Positions 7,895-14,016 of a stretch of 14,016 bases of DNA are shown here, piece by piece (position 1 is the first letter of the stretch; every line of letters starts with the position of its first letter). The DNA is from Archangium sp. (GTDB taxonomy: Bacteria; Myxococcota; Myxococcia; Myxococcales; Myxococcaceae). Where the stretch lies: the NCBI GenBank assembly GCA_031367385.1, contig JANLPS010000439.1, positions 1 through 14,016 on the forward strand, written 5' to 3'. The notes under the pieces were generated by a model, which was given only the letters and a program-made list of their open reading frames with translations, was not told the origin of the DNA and did no database searches. A program made the position numbers and the translations under genes.

Positions 7895-7934
7895 AGCCGG
7901 TGAGCATTTCGCCGGCTGACAAAGCCGGTGAGCA
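7895..7934. promoter_or_regulatory. Putative enhancer-binding-protein site (UAS) for the sigma54 promoter
   Basis: Imperfect palindrome AGCCGGTGA-GCATT-TCGCCGGCT (7895-7917) plus a perfect direct repeat AGCCGGTGAGCA at 7895 and 7923, about 60-100 bp upstream of the predicted +1. Confidence 0.55.
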
Positions 7935-8079
7935 GGGCGGGAGGATCATGCCTGTTGCGTCGTACACCTCAGGTCATTCGAGTCTCAGATGTTGCACGCC
8001 GGTGCATCGCCCGAACGAGGGAAACGCGACGAGGGTGTGGTCATCGAGGCTGGGGTCTTGACTCCCGAGCTTCCGAAAT

Positions 8080-8096
8080 TGCGCATTTTCTGCACA
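8080..8096. promoter_or_regulatory. Possible regulator-binding dyad in the divergent intergenic region
   Basis: TGCGCA-TTTTC-TGCACA, an imperfect inverted repeat with an AT-rich centre. Confidence 0.3.
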
Positions 8097-8246
8097 CGTG
8101 CAGCGGCCCAGTTCGTCTGGTTTCATTCACGCGGCTGAGCTCATTTCGGTACGGTTGTTCGAAACATTCTTGTCGGGACTGTGACGATTGCCCGTGCTCG
8201 ATTAGGAGCATCGCCTATCATTCGGGTCTCCCTGATGAATTTCAAA

Positions 8247-10964
8247 ATGCGCCGCCAGCTGATCACCCCATTCGTTCTCATCCTCGTCAGTTGCACATGC
8301 GCCGAACCCGAGCGCCCGAGTGACGCAGGTCACGATGCGGGTCTTTTCGAGCGCGATGCCGGCCCTGGTCACGATGCGGGTCTCTTCGAGCGCGATGCCG
8401 GCCCTGGTCAAGATGCAGGGGCCCTCCGAGATGCAGGCACTTCCGACGACGGGGGTGCCGATGCCGGCGGTTTTGGGTGCACCATCAATGGAGTGTCGTT
8501 TTCGCCCGATACCGTGAACCCCGCGAACCCATGCCAGACTTGTACGCCACTGACGAGCGCGACTGCCTGGAGCGCGCGCCCTCTCGGCACCTCGTGTGGC
8601 ACGGGCCTGATTTGTCATGCAGGCGACTGCAGCAGTGGTTGCGTTATCGGCGGCGCCTTTCATGCGGCGCTTGAGCTCAACGGCGGTTGCCAACAATGCA
8701 GGCCGCCGCTGAGCACGACCTCGTGGTCAAACATCAACGAAGGGCAGCCCAGCAGCTGTGGAAGCGCCGAGATCTGCAGCACGGGGCACTGTGTGAAGGC
8801 GTGCATCATTGACGGAGGTTTCGTTCTCGACGGCACTCAGAATGGGCCGTGCCAGTGGTGCGTCGCCGCCGTCAGCACTGGGTGGTCGAATCGAACCGAT
8901 GGCGTGGCCTCATCGTGCTCAAGTGGCATGGTCTGCAGCGTCGGTATGTGCGACTACCCCTGTCAGGGTGCCGACTTCGCCGCCGACCCCTTCGCGCGAG
9001 GCGATGGGTCGCAGGCCAACCCCTTCGTTCTCTGCTCGGTCGCTCAACTCGATCGGGTGCGAACCTATTTGACCGAGGGCCGTTCTTTCGCATTGGGCGT
9101 TAACGTCGACCTTGCGGCAGTGCCGTTCAGCCCAATCACTGACACTTTGAACCACGCCTTTCTCGGTACCTTCGATGGCAACAACCACACGATTTCTGGG
9201 TGGCACTACAATGCGCCGAGCACTGATGTCGTCGGGTTCTTTGCCTCGAACGGCAATGGCAGCACGATTCGAAACCTGACTCTCGCGAACGTCGACGTGG
9301 TCGGCCGCGATTCGACGGGTGCGGTCGTCGGCGCCGATTACGGGCAAATACTTGGCGTGGTTGCCAGCGGCAAGGTCGTGGGGCGCGACCGGGTCGGGGG
9401 CGTCGTGGGCCGCTCAGCCTCAAGCAACACGAGCAAAGTCATTCGCGACTCTCGCAGCGCAGTCGACGTGACCGGCAATGCTTTCGTGGGCGGTCTCGCC
9501 GGCGAGTTCAGTGCCTCCTCGGGCGCGGTGCGCTGCAGCGCCACGGGTGCGGTGTCTGGGTCGACGTCAGTTGGCGGCTTGGTAGGCAGTATTACGACCA
9601 GTTCGTCTTCTGCGTATTCTGTTCTTGATTCGACCGCGAGCGGTGCGGTCGTCGGCATGCTTCAGGTCGGTGGGCTGGTCGGCACGATGGGTGACGCGAG
9701 TGCGATTTCACGCTCGTCGGCGACGGGCGATGTGGGTGGCGTCGGAGCGAGCAAAGTCGGAGGTCTGGTGGGTGAGAATCGCGCCGTGATCTCCGACTCC
9801 TTCGCAGTCGGAGCTGTCACAGGCGCATCGACCGTCGGAGGGCTGGTTGGTTTCAACCAGGGGCTGATCGCCGATTCGTACAGCACGGGTCTACCCACTG
9901 GGTCGGCCAGCACCGGGGGTCTTGTTGGGTCACAAGCCACCGGGCCGCTCGTCGTGTTAGCCGAAGCGGTCGAGTCTTTCTGGGACACCCAGCGCTCGGG
10001 CCTGACCACCAGCGCTGGTGGCAGCGGCAAGACCACCGCGGAGTTGAACACCGCCGCAACCTTCTCAAAGTGGAATGGAACCACGACGTGGGTCATCGCC
10101 GAGGGGAGCCTGCCCAAGCACCGAACGACTCCGGTCGCCTGCGTCGTCGGGGCCGCGGCTTTCGGCGGTGGGGCAGGCACCCGTACCAACCCGTATCTCA
10201 TTGGTCAGCCGGCACAAATGTACCAGATCAGATGCAACCTCTCGGCCTCGTTCAAGCTGACAGCTGACCTCGACTTCTCCGAGGGCCCACACTTTCCTCC
10301 GTTGGGTGATTGGCTTGGGCCGGGCTTCAGTGGAGACTTCGACGGCAACGGCAAGACCATCTCGAATTTGCGAGTGTACGGCCAGAATGCGGGGCTCTTC
10401 GGTGCCACCTCCGCATCAGCGAGCCTTCACGACCTCCGCCTTGTCAATGTCGAAGTCGGGGGCTCGTACCAGGTTGGCACCGTCGTGGGCCAATCACTCG
10501 GCTCGCTCACCAACGTGAAAATCGAGGGCGGTGTCGTTCGCGGTATCTACGTGGTTGGTGGGCTCGCGGGGTCCGCGAGCGGCACAACCTCTCGGTGTTC
10601 GTCGAGCGCCGAGGTGCGTTTGACTTCGGGCTACGGAGGCGGGCTCATCGGCTACGCGAACTCAGGGACTCTTTCAGACAGCTACTCGATGGGCTCGGTA
10701 ACAGGGGGGAACGGTTTGGTTGGCGGTTCTTCAGGGCCCATCTCACGCTGCTATGCGGCTGGCCCGATCGTTCGCGGCCAGGGCTTCGGGAGCGGCAGCC
10801 CCGTCACCAGTTGCTACTGGGACCTCACGACCTCGGGGCAAACCCAAGGACCCGGGGGCATCGGCAAGACCGACGCGCAAATGAGAGACGCCACGACCTT
10901 CGTCGGATGGGACTTCGATACCGTGTGGCAACTCGACGCTGGGCAGTTGCCAACCCTGCGTTGA
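8247..10964 (+). CDS. Surface lipoprotein (about 905 aa): DAG-repeat linker, three Cys-rich repeats, two tandem GLUG-type beta-solenoid modules
   Basis: MRRQLITPFVLILVS|CTC lipobox (alternative ATG at 8235). Three CxIxG...CQxC...WS repeats. Modules begin FARGDGSQANPF (8991) and FGGGAGTRTNPY (10161), each containing FxGxFDGNxxTIS and VGGLVG-type repeats, and end GKTTAELNTAATF..W and GKTDAQMRDATTFVGWDFDTVW. Confidence 0.9.
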   Translation: MRRQLITPFVLILVSCTCAEPERPSDAGHDAGLFERDAGPGHDAGLFERDAGPGQDAGALRDAGTSDDGGADAGGFGCTINGVSFSPDTVNPANPCQTCTPLTSATAWSARPLGTSCGTGLICHAGDCSSGCVIGGAFHAALELNGGCQQCRPPLSTTSWSNINEGQPSSCGSAEICSTGHCVKACIIDGGFVLDGTQNGPCQWCVAAVSTGWSNRTDGVASSCSSGMVCSVGMCDYPCQGADFAADPFARGDGSQANPFVLCSVAQLDRVRTYLTEGRSFALGVNVDLAAVPFSPITDTLNHAFLGTFDGNNHTISGWHYNAPSTDVVGFFASNGNGSTIRNLTLANVDVVGRDSTGAVVGADYGQILGVVASGKVVGRDRVGGVVGRSASSNTSKVIRDSRSAVDVTGNAFVGGLAGEFSASSGAVRCSATGAVSGSTSVGGLVGSITTSSSSAYSVLDSTASGAVVGMLQVGGLVGTMGDASAISRSSATGDVGGVGASKVGGLVGENRAVISDSFAVGAVTGASTVGGLVGFNQGLIADSYSTGLPTGSASTGGLVGSQATGPLVVLAEAVESFWDTQRSGLTTSAGGSGKTTAELNTAATFSKWNGTTTWVIAEGSLPKHRTTPVACVVGAAAFGGGAGTRTNPYLIGQPAQMYQIRCNLSASFKLTADLDFSEGPHFPPLGDWLGPGFSGDFDGNGKTISNLRVYGQNAGLFGATSASASLHDLRLVNVEVGGSYQVGTVVGQSLGSLTNVKIEGGVVRGIYVVGGLAGSASGTTSRCSSSAEVRLTSGYGGGLIGYANSGTLSDSYSMGSVTGGNGLVGGSSGPISRCYAAGPIVRGQGFGSGSPVTSCYWDLTTSGQTQGPGGIGKTDAQMRDATTFVGWDFDTVWQLDAGQLPTLR
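8328..8419 (+). repeat. 39-bp in-frame tandem duplication (GHDAGLFERDAGP x2 plus a partial copy)
   Basis: 8328-8366 and 8367-8405 differ at one base (CTT/CTC). A partial third copy reads GGTCAAGATGCAGG. Confidence 0.9.
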
Positions 10965-11066
10965 CAATCAACAACACACGCAACTGAATGTCGCAGCTCA
11001 GGTGCGCCGCGCCACCCGCCTGCAGGGCGTACCAACCCCAACCCGAGTCGCCACATCTCACGGCCG

Positions 11067-11149
11067 CCAGGCAGTCGCGCTCGTCAATGGCGCGCAGGTC
11101 TGGCACGGGTTCGTGGGTCGGGCGAAAATGCCACTCCATCGATGGTGCA
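11067..11149 (-). pseudogene. Inverted, frameshifted partial copy of the first Cys repeat (8478-8570) of the adjacent lipoprotein gene
   Basis: Manual alignment gives 74/83 identical bases plus a 10-bp deletion (TACCGTGAAC). It encodes CTIDGVAFSP / PTNPCQTCAPLTSATAW versus CTINGVSFSPDTVNPANPCQTCTPLTSATAW. Confidence 0.85.
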
Positions 11150-11374
11150 TCGTGGGCGGCAGACCGGCCGATGAGATCGTAGGCCGCGCAGATGAAAGAC
11201 GCCGAAGGGCGAATGGAGCTCGTGGCCGCTGCCCGTATCGCGTGCCGTTTGATACCTCAGGGCACATCGCTCTCGGCCGCAGACATCGCGGGGATGCCCT
11301 TGGGCTCGAGCATTCTCGACGGGGGTCGCCTTCTCACGATCGGGGTCAGCCTGTTTTAGGTCACTGCGCGGGCG

Positions 11375-12328
11375 CTACTCGACGCTCAGCGACGCCCAGT
11401 CGAGCTCGAGCCAGTGCGTCGGCGAGAAATACATCGCCATGCGCGGCTTGTTGCCCGGCAGCAAGAACGCATACGTATTGCCCGGCGCCCACCCGGCCTC
11501 GGCCAGGTCGATGGTCAGCACGGTGCCCGTCGGCACCTCGTACAACGAGACCTGCGTCTGCTCGAGCGTGATGCCGGTCTCGAGCCTGAAGAACGCCAGG
11601 GCGTCATCGGCCGTGCGCACCCCACGCACCCGCCGCACCGAGGTGACCAGCTGCCCGCCCTTGCCGGCGGCCTCGAAGGTCAGCGTCGCCACCTCCGGGC
11701 TCGAATGCACCTTCGGCGGCCGCATGACCTCGGTGAAGTCGAGCGGCTGATGCTTCGGCGCCACCCGCAGGGTCGGCGACCGCATTCGAATTTTCAGGTG
11801 ATCGACCTCGAACGCGAACGTGCCTTGCGACTGGTTCGCCAGGCTCGGCAGCACATCGCGCAGCACCTCTTCATGCATGGGAAAAGCGAGGGCGGTCGGT
11901 GAGCGCACGATCAGCCGCTCAAGGCACTCTTCGGTCGGGGTGAAGGGGGGCAGGTCAGCCTCGTGCAGCGCAGGCGCTCGCCCCACGACGATCATGAAGC
12001 CATCGGGCGTCGAGACCATTCGCAGGTGCTCGATGCGCTCAGGGTCGACCGTGAGCCGGGTCTCTTCGAAGAGCTCCCGGGCGCAGGCGTGCTGCCAGCT
12101 CTCGCCACGCTCGACGAAGCCCCCAGGCAGCGCCAAGGCACCATGCCCCCGCCCCGGCTCACCCCGCCGAATCATCAAGACTCCGTCGTCGACCGGCTGC
12201 ACCAACACCGCGACCGGCAGCGGGTTCAAGTAGGTGACCCGCTTGCAGTACGGGCACGTGCGCGGCCAGCCGCTCTGCCCGCCAAAGCGTGACCCACACC
12301 ACGAGCAGAAAGCGTGACGGCCTTGCAT
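11375..12328 (-). CDS. Zn-ribbon NUDIX hydrolase with an unknown ~155-aa C-terminal extension
   Basis: CSWCG...CPYC zinc ribbon, YLNPLPV, and Nudix box GGFVERGESWQHACARELFEETRL. The start overlaps the upstream stop (TGATG at 12330-12326). Confidence 0.9.
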   Translation of the reverse strand: MQGRHAFCSWCGSRFGGQSGWPRTCPYCKRVTYLNPLPVAVLVQPVDDGVLMIRRGEPGRGHGALALPGGFVERGESWQHACARELFEETRLTVDPERIEHLRMVSTPDGFMIVVGRAPALHEADLPPFTPTEECLERLIVRSPTALAFPMHEEVLRDVLPSLANQSQGTFAFEVDHLKIRMRSPTLRVAPKHQPLDFTEVMRPPKVHSSPEVATLTFEAAGKGGQLVTSVRRVRGVRTADDALAFFRLETGITLEQTQVSLYEVPTGTVLTIDLAEAGWAPGNTYAFLLPGNKPRMAMYFSPTHWLELDWASLSVE

Positions 12329-13488
12329 CAGCCCACCAGCGCTTCGTGGAGCGAGCGGGTCAGCTCCTGCAAACCATCGCGGCGGGTGACGACGGTCAGC
12401 TGCAGCGCTGAGCCGTACACGGCGATCACCGGCGCCTTCGCGAGCGCCAGGGCCCTGCGGGCGACCGACCAGTCGGCGTTCAACCCGGTGCCGACGCAGG
12501 TCACCGTGCCGTGCGTCTCGAGCACCGAGACGCCAGCAGGCAGCTTGGCCTTGAGCGCCTCGGGGCCGTGCAGATCGTGCAGCGGCACCACCACCAGCGC
12601 GCGACCCTGCTCGTCGAAGAGCACGTTGCGGCCCTTGACCGCGTTGGCATCGAGAAACTCCAGCAGGTGGGCCAGCCCGATGCCGCGGTCGGTGCAGAAG
12701 ACCCAGACGTCTGATTCGCAGGTGACTCCGCGAACGCGGCCGGTGTGTGACGGTGGGGCGTGGCCGATCGCGGTGCCGCTGCCGGCGGCGTGGGTCGAGC
12801 GGGCGTGAATCACGATGCCCTTCTCTTTGGCGAACTCGACGGCTTGCGCGTTGAGCACCTTGGCCCCAGCCGAGGCGAGCTCTTGCATCTCGTCGAAGCC
12901 GAGCGACTCGAGCTTCTTGGCCGAGGGTACGACGCGCGGGTCGGCTGAGAAGACGCCATCGACGTCGGAGTAGATCTCGCAGTCGGCGCCGAGGGCAGCG
13001 GCGAGCGCGACGGCGGTGGTGTCGGAGCCTCCGCGGCCCAGGGTGGTGACCTCTTTGTTGCGCGAGACGCCCTGGTAGCCGGCGACGATGACGACCTTGC
13101 CTCGGCCGAGGGCTTCTTCGATGCGAGCCGGGCGCACCTCGACGATGCGGGCCTGGGAGTGCGTGTCGTCGGTGATGATGCCGCTCTGTGAGCCGGTGAA
13201 CGAGATGGCGGGCACCGCAAGCTCATGGAGCGCCATCGAGAGCAGGGCCATCGAGATGCGTTCGCCGCAGGTGAGCAGCATGTCGAGCTCACGGCGCGGG
13301 GGGTCGGCGGAGATCTTCTTGGCCAACCCGAGCAATTCGTCGGTGGTGTCGCCCATCGCCGAGACCACGACGACCACCTGCCAGCCATCGACGCTGCGGG
13401 CCTTCACGCGCTCAGCGACCCTGCGGAGCTTCTCGGCATCAGCGACCGACGACCCTCCGAATTTTTGAACGACGATGCGGGTGGTCAA
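12328..13488 (-). CDS. lysC: Aspartate kinase (386 aa)
   Basis: [54 protein letters not shown] start at 13488 with GGAG 8 nt upstream. Confidence 0.95.
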   Translation of the reverse strand: MTTRIVVQKFGGSSVADAEKLRRVAERVKARSVDGWQVVVVVSAMGDTTDELLGLAKKISADPPRRELDMLLTCGERISMALLSMALHELAVPAISFTGSQSGIITDDTHSQARIVEVRPARIEEALGRGKVVIVAGYQGVSRNKEVTTLGRGGSDTTAVALAAALGADCEIYSDVDGVFSADPRVVPSAKKLESLGFDEMQELASAGAKVLNAQAVEFAKEKGIVIHARSTHAAGSGTAIGHAPPSHTGRVRGVTCESDVWVFCTDRGIGLAHLLEFLDANAVKGRNVLFDEQGRALVVVPLHDLHGPEALKAKLPAGVSVLETHGTVTCVGTGLNADWSVARRALALAKAPVIAVYGSALQLTVVTRRDGLQELTRSLHEALVG

Positions 13489-13522
13489 CGTGGGGGCTCC
13501 GGTGCTGGGTGCGACGTGTACA

Positions 13523-14016
13523 TCATGCACGCGGGCGGCCAAACCGTTTGCTGCTGGCCAGCGCCATGGTCGCGAACGCCAAGGCAGAAAGCAATGCACC
13601 GAGGCGCAAGGACCACGGCCGGTATTGCCAGGTGACCACGTGGCGGCCTTGAGGCACTGCGACCCCGCGCAAGAACCAGTTGGCGCGAAAGGCGGTGGCC
13701 TCGGTGTCGTCGATGGTGACCCGCCACCCGGGGTACCAGGCGTCAGCGAGTATGAGGTACCCGTCGGCGCAGGCGGTGACCTGCTCGATGAGCAGCTCGG
13801 GGTTGAGCTCGGTGAGGGTGACCGAGGGGGTGCATGGTTCAGAAAAGGGGACAGGCTGCTTTTCTTCCGAAAAGCAGCCTTTCCCCTTTTCTGGCACCAG
13901 CACTTCTTGGCGAAACCGCTCCGCGGGCCCCCGCAGCGCCGCCAGGGCTTCCTCGTCACTCACCTCCACCGCCTTCCCGACGAGCCAACTGCGCTCGAAG
14001 GCCTCCTTGGCCCGCC
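13523..14016 (-). CDS. YfhO-family membrane protein, C-terminal part (5' end outside the window)
   Basis: Frame is open to the window edge ([18 protein letters not shown]...). [19 protein letters not shown]...[30 protein letters not shown] followed by a terminal TM helix is the typical YfhO C-terminus. Confidence 0.88.
   Translation of the reverse strand, partial: RAKEAFERSWLVGKAVEVSDEEALAALRGPAERFRQEVLVPEKGKGCFSEEKQPVPFSEPCTPSVTLTELNPELLIEQVTACADGYLILADAWYPGWRVTIDDTEATAFRANWFLRGVAVPQGRHVVTWQYRPWSLRLGALLSALAFATMALASSKRFGRPRA
13840..13893. repeat. 54-bp near-perfect palindrome (REP-doublet/REPIN-like) lying in frame within the YfhO-like CDS
   Basis: CAGAAAAGGGGACAGGCTGCTTTTC-TTCC-GAAAAGCAGCCTTTCCCCTTTTCTG: 25-bp arms, 24/25 complementary, 4-nt loop, clearly AT-richer than its flanks. 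Confidence 0.85.

Noticed and set aside
8181..8234. GTG start at 8181 for the lipoprotein
   Set aside because: It would give an over-long signal peptide. ATG 8247 or 8235 gives a normal lipoprotein signal, and a TATCAT -10-like hexamer lies at 8216-8221.
4550..8509. 11-mer TTTTCGCCCGA shared by the intergenic repeat (4550, 4634) and the lipoprotein Cys repeat (8499, and its inverted copy)
   Set aside because: In the lipoprotein it is ordinary coding sequence (FSPD) and the flanks do not match, so it is probably coincidental.
8478..11149. Diversity-generating retroelement TR/VR pair
   Set aside because: Substitutions are not adenine-specific on either copy, many are synonymous, and there is no reverse transcriptase in the window.
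11192..11359. 55-aa plus-strand ORF MKDAEGRMELVAAARIACRLIPQG...GVSLF
   Set aside because: Short, with no recognisable motif and no clear RBS. It may be another gene remnant but cannot be supported.
13840..13893. Rho-independent terminator or amino-acid attenuator for lysC
   Set aside because: It lies inside an intact CDS, has no U-tract following the stem, and shows no leader peptide or riboswitch features.
13489..13959. 157-aa N-terminal extension of aspartokinase (543-aa ORF in the track)
   Set aside because: It overlaps the YfhO-like CDS in another frame and is low complexity. A TTG start with GGAG lies right before the conserved KFGG motif.

Overview
GC-rich window that looks myxobacterial (MYXO-CTERM-like signal, Cys-rich and DAG-repeat surface proteins). 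Left: a 5'-truncated surface-protein ORF of more than 1480 aa (propeller-like repeats, 8 disintegrin-like repeats). It carries an INTERNAL MYXO-CTERM-like sorting signal that runs straight into a second signal peptide, a periplasmic domain and a small beta-barrel, so it is a candidate bacterial polyprotein. Middle (about 4.5-11.3 kb): an accessory region with a degenerate 84-bp repeat, two hypothetical proteins, a Cys-rich gene remnant, a sigma54-driven and probably near-leaderless small OM beta-barrel gene, and a lipoprotein with two GLUG-type modules followed by an inverted, frameshifted 89%-identical copy of part of its own 5' region. Right: a minus-strand operon of YfhO-like protein (partial), aspartokinase and Zn-ribbon NUDIX hydrolase. 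The YfhO-like gene contains a 54-bp near-perfect REP-like palindrome sitting in frame. No rRNA, tRNA, CRISPR array, transposase or recombinase was recognised. Family calls are from motif recognition only; no searches were run.
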